The position numbers and the translations under genes are program-made. From the human T2T-CHM13v2.0 reference genome, Homo sapiens: 64,000 nt of DNA. Below the pieces are notes generated by a model. The model worked only from the letters and a program-made list of their open reading frames with translations, searched no databases and was not told where the DNA came from. The stretch lies in the NCBI RefSeq assembly GCF_009914755.1, contig NC_060925.1. One strand, 5' to 3'. The first letter of the stretch is position 1. Every line of letters starts with the position of its first letter. Below are positions 12,572 to 26,556 of this stretch, piece after piece.

Positions 12572-13088
12572 CGTATGTACTTTCTAATACACTTTAAGAC
12601 CTTCATGTTTCTGAAGTAAAAAAAAAAAAGAAAAAAAATCAATTTGTGTACTATGAAGCAGATTACAGCTCCTGTTAGCTAAGTGGCAGCACAGTAGGTG
12701 ACTTCAGAAGATGGAACCAATGTGTAAAAACAGAGAGATAAAGACCATTAAAGAGAAAATAAAAACCATTTATTAAGAGATAATGAGGTCATTTTATACT
12801 GTCAGGATTCTAAAATAATATTAAGATCCACTCAATGCACATCATAGATTGTGCCACCCTTTCTAGAATATCATAGATTTTTGAGTTGGAAGGGAACTTT
12901 TAAATATTCTCCAATCAAATTTATATTCAATGCAGGGGGCCCTCCTACAGCATCCTTGACAACTGGCCTCCAGGATTCTTTGTAAATAACTGCAATGACA
13001 AAAAAAAATCTACATAATAAATTAAGCAGGCCACTTTGTGTTTAGATAGCTTCATTTTATCCACCAGTTCTCATCTTCTCTTCTAGGA

Positions 13089-14060
13089 CACTGCTTTTCA
13101 AGCTGGGGTGGTGTGAAATACATGAGGAGTTTCCAGGAAGTACTAGAATATTGTCAGTTTAAGGGTCGCTTTCAAGATCCTCAACTGCCATAGGTACTCA
13201 GTCTCAGGTTGACCTGCTTGAAAAGAACATCTTCTTTACACCTGCCTTTCCATTTTACACCACATGTCTCTCAGCCAGCCTGAATCTTATTCCTACATGC
13301 AAAAAAAATCTGGACATCAAACAAAAGGACAGTTTCAAAATACATGGTTCCTAAGAGAATGTCCTGTGGCAGAAGAGCAAATAGAGAGTCCTTAAGAAAT
13401 ACTGAAGAGGGCAGTGCCTTATTTCATCTAGAGAACCAACTTATGCTAAGCTTCCATCCATCTATCCATCATCCATCCACCCATCCATGCACCCATCCAT
13501 CCATCCATCCACCCATCCATCCATCAGCCATTCATCCACCCAACCATCCATCCACCCCATCCATCCATCATCCATTCATCCATCCATCTATCCATCCGTC
13601 CATCCATCTTTCATTCATTCATCTATTTATCTATCTTAATCATCTATTCATTCATCCATCCATTCATTTATCCATTCATCCATCCATCAGTCCATTTATG
13701 AATTAGAATTCAAAGGTGAAGCGGCCATGATAAAAACACATGTCTTTGAACTGGAAAATTAGTTCAGATATTTTTTCAACATAAAGCAAATGTAATTTAG
13801 CTGATCAGTTTGACCATGAGGACTGGCTTTGCCAATTGGATTATATGGCTTACATTTTCCAAAAGGTGAATGATAAAATCTACACTATAAGGTTTTGATT
13901 AAAAAAATTTTAAAAACAGAGATAATCTGGCAAAAGTGGGAAATTACATCATTTGAACTATTAAACTTATGAGAAAATTGTTTAGAGAACAAACTACAAA
14001 TATGCAAGGGGTATATAACTTTTGAAGATTCTTTTGAGTGTACATGAGCCAAAAAAAGAG
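13089..14060 (+). mobile_element. hAT/Charlie DNA transposon remnant, interrupted by a (CATC)n tract
   Basis: TIR-like cactgcttttcaagctgggg at 13089; degenerate transposase peptides VFEL (13742-13753) and LADQFDHEDWLCQLDYMAYIFQKVN (13797-13871). Boundaries are approximate. Confidence 0.6.
13454..13700. repeat. (CATC)n/(TCCA)n degenerate tetranucleotide repeat
   Basis: Directly visible; it explains the HPSI-rich ORF 13344-13706. Confidence 0.95.
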
Positions 14061-14786
14061 AGAACTTGTGTAGAATGCAGAATAATAAACTCCAACCATA
14101 TGACAGATCTCAGACTATATGATAACTGTCATTTCTCCTTTTCATCACTTATTTCCCACTTTAATCCTCCCTGATGACCTCCACTATTCCTCAAAATGCA
14201 TGTCTAGAGCATCACTAAGGCAGGAAGGAATTAGTGACCCCAACAAGGCTCTCCCTGTCTTTCTGGAGTTCCAGCTCACACCTCAACCTGGCCCTAATGA
14301 TATGCTCCATACACCTCACTGCCTGCGCTGTAAGCTGCCAGCGAAAGACTACAGCAACATCCAGTTCATCTTCTAATAAGCCAACAAGTGGCTTGAACAC
14401 AGTTTCTTACTCAGCCTCGGGCTAATCTCAAGTGTTAGGAGGTGCTGTGGCTGCCTCAAAGCACAATCAACCTAAAAGTGGAAGACAATCAAAAAGCAGG
14501 AGCATGTGAAGAAAAAGAGGTTGAGGGAAAATAAGTGTGTATCCAGCTATGCTGAAGATGAGAGTGCACAGCAATACACAAGACCACTGATGACATTATT
14601 AGAGTCAACAGTATTTTAAATAGACAGTGGCATCACACTCATGTCGGAGGCTAAGCTCTTGAGAGGGTAAGAGGTTGCTATGTTCCTTGTGTCTTTCAGT
14701 CCATTGCTTTCTCTATCACCATCACCATTCCTCCCCAGTCCTGACCAAACCCTGTCCACGAAACTGTAGGTTGTGACAAATACTGT

Positions 14787-15248
14787 TCTGGTGGTTAATA
14801 CTGAGTGTCAACTTGATTGGTTTGAAGGATGCAAAGTTTCCTGGGTATGTCTGTGAGGGTGTTGCCAAAGGAAACTAACATTTGAGTCAGTGGGCTGGGG
14901 AAGGCAATCCACCCTTTTCAGGCAGAAAAACGTGAAAAGGTGTGACTGGCCTAGCCTCCCAGACTACATCTTTCTCCAGTGCTAGATGCTTCCTGCCCTC
15001 AAACATCAAACTCCTAGTTCTTCAGTTTTGGGACTCGGACAAGCTCCTTGCTGCTCAGCTTGCAGATGGCCTATTGTGGGACGCTGTGATCATGTGAGTT
15101 AATGCTTAAAACTCATATATATATATATATATACACACACATATATATATGTGTGTATATATATATGAGTTTTATATATATATATATAGATATATATATA
15201 TATCCTATAGGATATATATATCCTATCAGCCATATGACAGAACCTATA

Positions 15249-15293
<45 letters not shown>

Positions 15294-15332
15294 CTATTAG
15301 TTCTGTCCCTCTAGAGAACCCTGACTAATACA
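14787..15332 (+). mobile_element. MLT2A-like solo LTR (ERVL) with internal (TA)n expansion
   Basis: Starts tggttaatactgagtgtcaacttgattgg and ends ctagagaaccctgactaataca; TSD-like actgt/actgc. Confidence 0.9.
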
Positions 15333-15628
15333 ACTGCCTTCAAGGAAAGGGTTGATCCAAAAAGAATAAAGAGTCCAAAATCTTAACTTCAGATCTTCTA
15401 GGCAGATTTTTAACAAATCAGTATTAGTAAATGAAGTCTTTTCCAGAGTAACAGCCAGGCACCAGAAAGAGAAAAATGGTTTTCGGAAATTCTAAAACCT
15501 CTCTTGGGCTTCTATCAAAGGATGTCTGCCTCTGCACCCCTAGAAACATTGCTCTATTCAAATATACTCACCAGGCCACCATTGTCTGGCTCTAGCCCTC
15601 ACCTGGGCATAGGTGTTCTCAACTTATA

Positions 15629-16172
15629 TAGCAGGTCCTTGAATAATGTCATTTTGTTTAACACTGTTTCATTATAGCATTCACGAAGAAAAGAAATGAT
15701 TCTTGGCCAGGGCCACTGTGTTGAGTGTGTGTGTTCTCCCCATGTTTATGTGGGTTTTCTCGAGGTCCTCTGGTTTCCTCTCACATCCAAAAGCTGTGCC
15801 CATACCTAAGCTTCATAACTCACCTGGAATTGGTGTATCTACATGGTCTCAGTGTACCCTGAGCAGCCAGGACAGGCTCCACCCACCCGCCATCCCGAAC
15901 TGGAATACACAAGTAAGTAATTATCTTACTTGTTTTTATTAATCTTTCTTAAATGTATGCATAGCCTACATTTATTTCAATGCTCAACAGTAAAAGTGTT
16001 TTGGTTTTTATTTATAAGCATGGTGATGGTTTTGTGACCAGAAAAATGCCACAGTAACTTAACTCTCATTTACATCAGTTAGCCTATGGTAAAAGTGGTT
16101 TTGTGAGTCATTATTTCACTTAAAGTTGCAGTTTCCAAGAAACTGTTGACAACATTGAGTGAAGACTTATTG
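15629..16172 (+). mobile_element. MER6A-like TcMar-Tigger MITE
   Basis: TA-flanked, with termini tagcaggtccttgaataatgtc and gtgaagacttattg. Internal ttctccccatg...ggtttcctctcacatccaaaag is the V-SINE-like domain typical of MER6. Confidence 0.8.
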
Positions 16173-17142
16173 TATTATTGTTGTAGGATAAACAGGTATG
16201 TCTGCTGTGTAGTAATAGGCCAATTATGCAGACAGCAGTGGTGTAGCAGAGAAAGTTTAATTACTGCAGAGCGTTGGGCAAGGAGATAGGGGTAGATTTT
16301 CAGATCCAGTTTTTCAAAGAGTTTTAGGCTGCAGTTTTTAAGGGGATTATGGAAGGTGAGTGGCTGGAGAATTGGGGTCGTTGATTCGTGGGGGTGAGGG
16401 AGATGAAACTGTCAGCACATGGAAACTGCATTCTTTAGTGAGTCAGCTTCTTGCGGGGTGGGTGTTTGGACCAGCTGAAGTCAGTAGGGTGCTTGAGATC
16501 AGCTGGTATCAGCGGGATTTTTCAGATCAGCTGAGTCAGTAGTTTTATTAGTATGCAGGACTTGAAGAATTACCTCAAAGGGAAAATTTAATGTTTTATA
16601 ATGGTTAAGTTGTGGGGAATTATAATCTTGTAACAGGGTCTACATGATTTTGAGGCAACAGACATTAAATAATTATGACAAAGCAGGTCATACAACTGAC
16701 TTAATGATTGATGTTGTATGTGCTGAGTAATTTTGTAAAGTGGAGTGGTTTTAGCCCACCTTGGGCTTAATCAAACCCCAACCCTGAGGTGAGAACTAAT
16801 ACAGTGTGAATTGGGTGAAAACCACTCTAGCTTTTTCCTGCCGGCAAGGGGCACAGTTGCGGTAAGAGTCAGGATTTGAGGAATAAAACTGCCTGGCAGT
16901 AATCTGCAAGCACGTATGGCTGCCCAGTTGGACACTTCAGGGGCACAGCATGAACACATTAGCGCTCCTGCACGCTGTCTTAGCATGGCGTGTATTTAAT
17001 TATATACTGGACTGTAAGATCATTATAAGTCCTATTGTCAGAATTATGAGCCCACATTTTTAAAGTCCTTGTAAAGTAGACTGAAAACTTTAGGGGTACT
17101 AGTGACATTTTATTGTCACAGAGTCTGTTCTGTCAGTCTTGT

Positions 17143-18486
17143 TGTGTCCAGAATCTGTGGGTTCTTGGTCTCACTGACTTCAAGAATGAAGCCACAGACT
17201 CCCCGCTCCGGGTGAGTGTTACAGTTCTTAAAGATGGTGTGTCCAGAGTTTGTTCCTTCAGATGTGTCCGGAGTTTCTTCCTTCTGGTGGGTTCCTGGTC
17301 TCATCAGCTTCAGAAGTGAAGCTGCAGACCTTCATGGTGAGTGTTACACCTCTTAAAGACGACACAGACCCAAAGAGTCAGCAGCAGCAAGATTTATCTT
17401 GAAGAACAAAAGAACAAAGCCTCCACAGCATGCAACGGTACCCACCAGGTTGCCGCTGATGGCTCATGCAGCCTGCTTTTATTCCCTTATCTGACCCCAC
17501 CCACATCCTGCTGATTGGTCCATTTTACAGAGAGCTGATTGGCCCATTTTTCAGAGAGCTGATTGGTCCATTTTGACAGGGTGCTGACTGGTGTGTTTGC
17601 AAACCTTAAGCTAGACACAGAGCACTGACTGGTGCATTTACAATTCTTTAGCTAGACACAAAAGTTCTCCAAGTCCCCACTAGATTAGCTAGACACAGAG
17701 CACTGATTGGTGCATTTACAAACCTTGAGCTGGACACAGAGCACTGATTGGTGCGTTTACAAACCTTGAGCTAGACACAGGGTGCTGATTGGTGCATTTA
17801 CACACCTTTAGCTAGACATAAAAGTTCTCCAAGTCCCCACCAGACTCAGAAGCCCAGCTGACTTAACCTAGTGGATCCTGCACGGGGAGCTAGGGGAGCT
17901 GCCTGCCAGTCCCGCCCCACGTGCCCTTACTCCTCAGCCCTTGGGCGGTCGATGGGACCAGGCACCACGGAGCAGGGGGCAGTGCCCGTCAGGGAGGCTC
18001 GGGTCAAGCGGGAGCCCATGGCGGGCGGGGGAGCTCAGGCATGGCGAGCTGCAGGTCCCAAGCCCTGCCCCCTGGGGAGGCGGCTGAGCTGAGGCCTGGC
18101 GAGAATTAAAGCACGGCACTGGCAGGTCGGCAGTGCTGGGGGACCCAGTGCACCCTCCGCAGCTCTTGGCCCGGGTGCTAAGCCCCTCACTGTCCAAGGC
18201 CAGCAGTGCTGGCTGGCCGCTCCGAGTGCAGGGCCCACCAAGCCGGCGACCACCTGGAACTCGTGCTGCCCACAAGCGCCCTGCACAGCTCCGGTTCCGG
18301 CCCACACCTCTCCCCCTACACCTCCCTACAAGCAGAGGGAGCTGGCTGCGGCCTCGGCCAGCCCAGAGAAGGGCTCCCACAGTGCAGTAGCAGGCTGAAG
18401 GGCTCCTCAAGCACAGCCAGAGTGGACACCGGGCAGAGGCCTAGGAGGCACCGAGAGCAAGGGCTGCTAGCACGTTGCATGTCTCA
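17143..18486 (-). mobile_element. LTR12 (ERV9) solo LTR nested in the ERV1 internal region
   Basis: tgtgtccagaat... to ...gtctca termini, exact TTGT TSD (17139-17142 and 18487-18490), tandem ctgattggt/agctagacacaga units, CpG-rich U3. Confidence 0.95.
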
Positions 18487-20462
18487 TTGTGATTTCTATT
18501 TTAATAGTAATGCTGGTGAGTTGTGTCTACACTCAAAAAGGAAGGGTGTATTATGAGACACGTCTGATCTCTCATCTCTTCATGGCCAGGAACTAAGTTT
18601 TAAGGTTTTTCTGGGGTCCTCTTGGCCACAAGTGAGTCTGTTCGGTCAGTACGGGGGTGCTTAGGATTTTACGTTTCCCCTTTTTGGTTAAGATATGCCA
18701 GAGGCGGCATTGATGGTCAAACTTTTATTTTGTCCCGTATTGTTGTCAGTGGGACTCCTATGGCCAAAGGACTTAGAGCCGAAAGACTTACTGCCAATTA
18801 AATGTTCTAGGCCAGATGGCAATGGAGGTGGGCAGACACTCATTAACCCTTAAGAAACTTTTGAGCAGCATAACAGCTGAGAGCCAAAAGCCAAAGATAA
18901 GCTTACAGAATTGAATCCTGGTCTTAGATACTGAGATAGCAATTATTTATACGAGACATAAGCATTTTGTTAAACCCTTTTGAGTTAAGGAGTTTAGAGA
19001 GGCAAAGTTTCTCAACTTGTCGGCTATTTAGGCATTCATGTGCCCATCCTGGATTTGGAGGATCTGAACTAATTTTATCCCTCAAAACTGGCCCTTGGAA
19101 TTTTGTGTGCCCACTTCTTTCACGGTAGTCCCTGAGCCTAGAAATTGAATAGTTTTAAATTCTGGCCTCATGTCTCACGAAAGCAATTCATTTTGACTAG
19201 AACCTTTTTCTGGGTCTGAAGATGAGGCTTTGGTTAACTTGAGTTTGATGTCACATACAGGTATCAATGTTTAAGATTCAGCAAGATTTGATGCCTTTTT
19301 TAGATGAGATACGTGTACCCAGGAGTCAAAGCCCTGTCACTTAATAAGGTGCTATTATCAAGGATTAGTTAATAGCACCTGAAATAAAGAACGTTTTCAA
19401 AGGGGCTGGAGGGAGTCCATTAGCTGATTTTTCTTTTAGTGTAATTGTCAGGCTAGAAGTGGTGATACTGCAGTTCATGGTCTGACTGGAAGCTGTAAAA
19501 AGATTTTACAACTTTGCAGTGATTAATTTTTATAGCTTTGATAAGCCCCAGCAATAAGTCAGAGACTTAATTTAGTATTTGATTTTGAAGATGTTTATCA
19601 AAGACGTTAAAAGGCTCAAAACAGAATCAGACAGAGGTCACTGTAAAGTAATAGTTATTTATTTAACTAAGATTGAGAAGTAAAAGACCTTAAAGAAAAT
19701 ACCGAAGGTTATATGTATGTAAAAAATTTAATCCTTTTAAATCCTAGTGTTTTTAAGTAATTAAAATTCTAACAACGACATAGAAATTATCTTGGCAAAA
19801 TGTAAAAATCTCTGTTTCTTAGGCCAGTTATTAAAAAGGCAAAGAAAAACCTCCTGCTGTGTGATTACTTTTCCTTATGGGAAGCCCATTTAGATAACCT
19901 GAAAGTCAAACCTGATGAAAAAGGTTCTTGAATTAATCAGATGCAGGAAGCATGTGTCCAGGATTATGAATATAAACTATATTATGAAGGAAACGAGAAA
20001 CTAGAAACTATTTAGACATGACTCTTAGTAACAGCATGGGAAGTTTTCTTGTTACACGGAACAATTTAGACTTATCAAGAAAAGCCAAGAGTATACAGCC
20101 AGGTTGCACTGGAAGAAAACATTGCTTTTTCAGACCTTTAAGATAAACATTTCAGTGTCAGGCTATCACAGTAAAGTTAGAAATGGAGGCCAAGGTTATA
20201 GGTGCTGACAAAAAAGTTGAAAGAGTTCTTATCTCAGGCTTTCTCAAAGGGTGAAAAAGCTGGTAGCACCAAGGCACAGCAGAAGTGGAACTTCTGAGAT
20301 ATAAATTTGAGGGACTTTTTAAAAAAAAAAGGTTATAAAATTAAAAATGAGAACCTCTTATAATTTAAGAGCGAATTAATATCTTAAGAAAATCTTATTT
20401 AAATATAGGGAGCTAAATTTTAGAAAAATTATTATAAATTATTTTATAAAATTGTAACTAAC

Positions 20463-20747
20463 TAAGACAGGGTCTGACTTTGTTGCCCAGGATGGAATGC
20501 AGTGGCCTGAACAAGGCCCACTGCAGCCTTGACCTCCCAGGCTCAAGTGATCTTCCCACCTCAGTTTCCTGAGTAGCTGGGACTGTAGGCACGTGCACCA
20601 GCAAACCTGACTAATTTTTCCATTTTTTGTAGAGATGGGTTTTTGCCGTGTTGCCCAGGCTGGTCTGGAACTCCTGAGCTCAAGCCATCCACCTGCCTTG
20701 GCCTCCCAAAGTGCTGGGATTGCGGGCATGAGCCACTGCACCCAGAC
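20463..20747 (-). mobile_element. AluJ nested in the ERV internal region
   Basis: J-type gcagccttgacctcccaggctcaagtgatc and ctcctgagctcaagccatcc. Confidence 0.9.
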
Positions 20748-23382
20748 ATAAACTTTTTTCTAATAAATTGTCTTTTATGAACCTTATTATTACTTTCATA
20801 GACCATCAATGACATTCTTAAATTTTTGCTTTGTCCTAAACCAAGTTCTTTTTTAAATAACTAATAATTTTATTTTAGGACAAAAATTTACCATACTAAA
20901 TTTTTTCATTTATTAAAACTATTTTTATAGTCATAACCTTTAAAATATTTCTCTCTCCTACTTCCTGGGTTTTCTTTAACCTTGTTTTGTGAATAACTTT
21001 CCAGGTCTATAATTTAAATCAACCTTTAGATAATTTCTGAATTAGACAAAATTATTCTTTTTTTAATAAGAACCTATTTTTGGTACACTTTATATACAGA
21101 ATTACATATTAACTAGAATCTTTATTCTTAGTAACCTTAAATTTTAGTGAAAACCAAGGAAGCAAGAAATTTTGAATTGTCTGCCAGACATTCATACTTT
21201 ATGGATGAGAACCACTCCACAATTTTTAGAAACATTTTTTTTTAATATCATAACCCTTTCTTAGTTGGAAATAATGGTTATGTAAGATAATTTTAAGATT
21301 TCAATTATACAAAAGTTTACCCATAAGCATTTGTCTCATTTATATTAATTTATTTTTTTTAACAGTTTAACTAGATTACTTATGAAAACTGAGATATTAG
21401 ACAAAGATAGTCATCATTTAAAATTATTCCTCTGTTAACCATTTTTATAGCCTCTGAATATCAGGTGTTTACCTAAGTAGAAACTTAGAGTAAACATATG
21501 GATACTTTTGCCAATAACTCAGAAGGTTTAGCTGTTTTCATTAAACCAACAACATCAAATTGGCCCTATTTATCAAAAATATATACAAATAAAGATTATT
21601 TTGTTTTTGGCTGGGTTTATAGCTTTGTATGCTTCATGCCAAACCCTGACACCATAATACATTTAGCAAAGACAAATATAAAACCATTTAGCCAATAAAC
21701 CCAGACACAAATGTATGCTGATAATTTTGAAGATATTTAATTTTAATTTTATTTATAATTTTAAAGCCAGTTTTTAAATTAAAGATTTATTTAAATCACA
21801 TTAACTTGAAAGATATTTGGAGTTATGTACTTAATTTATGAGTGTTTTATTATTTATAAGCCAAGTTGGTATCGTGTAGACTTAATATATAACACAATAT
21901 ATGTTTATATAAGTAAATTTATCTAAACACACACACATATAAACAAGGATTTTACAGCTTTTACTTCGGAATTCTAGCCATGAGATGGTAATACAAACTC
22001 ACCAGTTTATAAAAGATGGCTGAATCTGAATTATTTTGGACAAAATTGGGAGCCTGTCCACATGGCTAAACTTTGTGTGCCTTGGTAGGTAGTCCAATGA
22101 AGGCTGTGAACCAAAGAAGTTTTTACGGGAAAAAAACATTTTTATCCTTTCCCCTCCACTCCCAGTTTTAAATGAGTTTTAATGTTTACATTTCAGCTAG
22201 TACTGGCAGAACTGTATAAGAAAAACAAAATCCCCAAGTAACTTTGAGTTAGTAGTACCACGAACAGAGAGTTTTATCTCAAAACCAGTAGCTTAATAAT
22301 AGCAGATTAGAAGTAGGCAGAAAAGAAAATAAAGAGAAAGATTCACAAAGAGTTTTTAATCCTATAGCTGCAAATCAACCTTTTGAGTTCTGGATTTTCC
22401 TCACTGTCATTTGCCCATCAGTTTAAAATGTGCACAATAGCAGGCCATGTATGTAACCAGCTGGAGTCCTAGAAAACATGGCGTGCCTTTTAACTTTCCC
22501 AGAGTTTTTGCAGTTTTTTCTGCCCTTAGTGGATAAATTACTCATTGTACTGATCTAAAGAGGACACCTCTTGTTTTCCCAATTCTCAAGATGCAGCCTA
22601 ATGGGGCTGCCTGGAGGAACCTAACCAACATTTCCCATTCTGGCTGAGAGGACTCACACGACAAAAACACAGATGCTAGTCACTCTGCTCAGTGCCCAGA
22701 TCTGACGTGGAAAGATTCAACCTTGCCTCTGCGGGCCCCGGCACCTTTGATCCAGGGATCAAAGTGGAAAGGAATGACCTGTGCCCAGGAGTTCAGCAGG
22801 TGGTCTCTGGGCAAGGTGGAAAAGTGGACGGCCACCCTAAGTGAGGCCTGCTGAGCTTTCACTAGCAATTCCTTTAGGGATATTTTTCACAAATATAAAC
22901 GTACATAACAAGACAAAGACAAACAAAAGGCCTTCCAAAATAAAGTTTTAAATTTTAAAAATTAAGAGTATTTCTCCCAAGCAGTGCCCTTTATTTTTTT
23001 TCCAGTATAGGAGAATCCTCTCAAACAAGACCCTTCCTATTATTAGGGATGGTCAACAAGACCTCCAAAGAGGCTGCAAGACTCCCAAAGAAGACACAAA
23101 CCCCCGAAGAGGCCACGAGACCTCTGAAGAGGCCAAAAAATCAGGAGAAAGGAAAAAGGGTGCCAGTTGCATAGAGAAAATTTACCAAAGATGTCTTCAA
23201 AACGAGTAATTGTTACTTTGCTGAAGGCAATTTATGCACCAGGATTGACACTGCCCCATCAACAGACAAGGCACAGGAGACAGCACCCTAGTTCAACGAA
23301 ACTGAGCAGCCACTTGGACTCGACTCCAGGTCCGTCCCAATGACATGGTAGCACCGAGCCATGTGCAAATGCCCACAAGGGA

Positions 23383-23400
23383 CTCCTGGCTAGATCACCA
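23383..23400 (-). promoter_or_regulatory. Retroviral primer-binding site, tRNA-Arg(ACG)-type
   Basis: Plus-strand ctcctggctagatcacca versus tRNA-Arg(ACG) 3' end ctcctggctggctcgcca (15/18), adjacent to the 5'LTR. Confidence 0.75.
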
Positions 23401-23568
23401 TAATGTGTTATAGGACCAACAGGCTTGTATGTCTGCTGTGTAGTAATATACTAGTTACACAGACAGCAGGAATGTCGCAGAGAAAGAGTTTAATTATCAC
23501 AGGGCGCTGAGCGACGAGATGGGAAGAGATTCGCAAGTACATGTCTCTGAAGAGTTTGGGGCTGGGGC

Positions 23569-23866
<298 letters not shown>

Positions 23867-25149
23867 TGGGGTTGGGGCTTTTAAGGGGATTATGGAGGAT
23901 GAAGGACTAGAGAATTGGGGTCATTAATTGGTTGGGGTAAGAGGCATGAAACCTTCATGATGTGGAAAGTGCATTCTTTGGTGAGTCAGCTTCTTGTGGG
24001 ATCCTTCAGACCAGCTGATGTCAGTAGAGTTTTTTAGATCTGCTGGCATTAGTAGAGTCTTTCAGACCAGGTGAGTCAGTAATTTTATTAGAATGCAGGA
24101 CTTGAATATCTCAAAGGGAAAACTTAACATTTTATAATGGTTAAGTTGTTATCTATAGAGAGTTAAGGGGAATTATAATCTTGTAACAGGGTCTACATTG
24201 TTTTGAGGCTATAGACATTACGTAATTATCAGAAAGCAGGTCAGAGAACAAGCTGACTTAATGATTAATGTTGAATGTGTTGCAAGCTTCTATTTTTTTT
24301 ATTTTTGTTAAAATTTAAAAAAAAAAACCCTCCATGTTTTTCTGATTTAATGTTATAAAGTTTACAGGGGCAGTTTTCCCATTGTGGAGGCTTCACAGCA
24401 GGGCATGAGAGCCACGTTTTCCTGACATCTGTCCCCAGTCCCATTTTTTTCAACTTGTAGCCAACTATTTTTGTTGTTGTTGTTGTTGTGTTGTTCCTTT
24501 GCTATTTCCTGATTTAAAACTCCAGCTTTTAAGTTGCTGTTTCCTGCCTGATAGAGACTTTTGCTACTTTACAGAGTAAAGGTAACTACAGAGAGGGAAA
24601 CCCCCTTTCCCCCACAAGAAAGAGTCACCTCTTCTAGCTCAGATGCCCTCGGCTCCAGGTGCATGTCCAGGCTCACACTGACGGCTGAGTGTTCGAGTAT
24701 TCCCCTGGGAGGCGCGGCACTTTCTGAAAGCTCTCTAGTTATATTCTTATGCTATTGATTATTTTAAACGGTGAAACAAAATATAGAATTAAGTCCACTC
24801 AGAATAAAGGGAAGGTCTCCAGACTTCTTACTACCCCAAGTGCCCCACATGCTTCTGTTCATACTTGAGGCAATACTTCAGAGGTTGGTTATATATCCCT
24901 GTCTTCTTCTTATTCAAGAGACGGTTTAAAGGATAGAAAGCACAGGGGAAAGGTTCTTGAGTCCAGAGTTTCCTGCCAAGCAACAGGAGAAACGGGGAAC
25001 AGACTTAGGATGAGTTTCTGGGTGACTCTGTCACCCAAAATTCTCTAGTTGCCACCAATGGGAGACGAAGAGCTTAGAGGCGTTACTTCAGGTACAAGTG
25101 AAGCTGGCTACAGCCACATGCCTTAGGCTTACTGGATTTCCACCTAGAA

Positions 25150-25495
25150 TATATGCCTCTCCCAGCAATCCACATGGCTGTTCTATGTCATATGTCATTT
25201 ATGCTCTGCTCACATGTAAACTACTCAAAACAGCCTTCTCTGGTCCTCCTATCCAAAATACCACATTCCTATTCTATTCTCAACCTAAGCACCCTACTTT
25301 ATTTTTCTTCACAGCACGTATTAACTCTTCGTATGTTTTCAAATATGTTTATGGCCTATCTGCCCTCTGTAGAAGGTAAGCTCCATGGAAACAGAGTGTT
25401 TATGTCTTTTTTCTGTCCCTCCCGATGCCAGGGTACATACAGAGCCTAGAAAAACACTTTGACACTTGGTAGGTTCTTATATTTGTTAAATATTT
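25150..25495 (+). mobile_element. L2 3' remnant
   Basis: tttttcttcacagcac...tagaaggtaagctccatggaaacagag...ggtaggttcttatatttgttaaat. Confidence 0.55.
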
Positions 25496-26556
25496 AAAAA
25501 TGCAACAGCCTATCTTCATACTTCCACATTTTAATTGATTTGAATTATTCTTTCAATCTATGTAGCCTCCTATCTATTATATGGTCAATAATTCTTCAAG
25601 CAGAAATTTAATACAAACTCCTGACCCTCATACTAGCCAACAAAATGAATAATTCTCTCCATTCTCCGAATCAAAGCCTCTCTTTGCAGAACACATTATG
25701 ACTTCTAATATTTTGTACTATTTCTAGAGCTCTAGAAATAATTAAAAGCTCATTTCAATGAAAGCTTAAGGGATATTTAATATCACATATTCATTAATGA
25801 TGTGAATTTTTGAATGAACTACATACATGTTCAGGTCTTTAGTATATGTTATTTCAATATTTTACTTTGGAATGTATTTGTATTTAGATCTGTGAAATGT
25901 TCATATAGCGAACTGCTGTCATATATTAACGCCTGTTCATGCATGTGTGTATGTATGTATAAATATTTATTTTTTCTATGTCAGCCATAGAAACACGACT
26001 TTGTTCACTATTTTTTTTTTAGCTACAATTTTTAAGCTTCTAAATTTTGATGTGATTGTCTTTTTCCTTTCATCCTTCAAACTTTAAGCTATCCAATCAG
26101 CTTCCAAACGGTTGTTTTTTCTCCTACCAAAGAGTGATTCTAGCTGAAAGCTAGTTCAACACCAAAACCAAGAATGATCTCTGTACATGCTTCATGGACC
26201 ACATTTTCTTTTTATGATCCATAAATCGTCACTCCAAAAACAACTCCCTCCCTTCTACTAGCAGTCCTAAAACCTCAGGCAGTAGAATCCAGAAATTTGT
26301 CCTGATTAAACTTCCCAGGACTTGCTCATGTGGATTATCAAACACATTCCCCACTCTAACCAAGACTTTTTCTTGAAAGTATTCATTGTCATTGTATTAC
26401 CATTCCCAGACTTCCTTGTAATGCAAAAGAATATGTGTGAATCACATATTTTTCTCTTCTTTCCAAAAAAACAAATAAATAAATCCAGCCATTTGAAATG
26501 TATTTTGTCATTACAAAAGAAAGATAATACTTTGGAGACCTTGAAAATGACAATGG

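Noticed and set aside
17500-17830. Regularly spaced repeats superficially like a CRISPR array
   Set aside because: These are LTR12 U3 tandem enhancer units with no unique spacers, in eukaryotic DNA.
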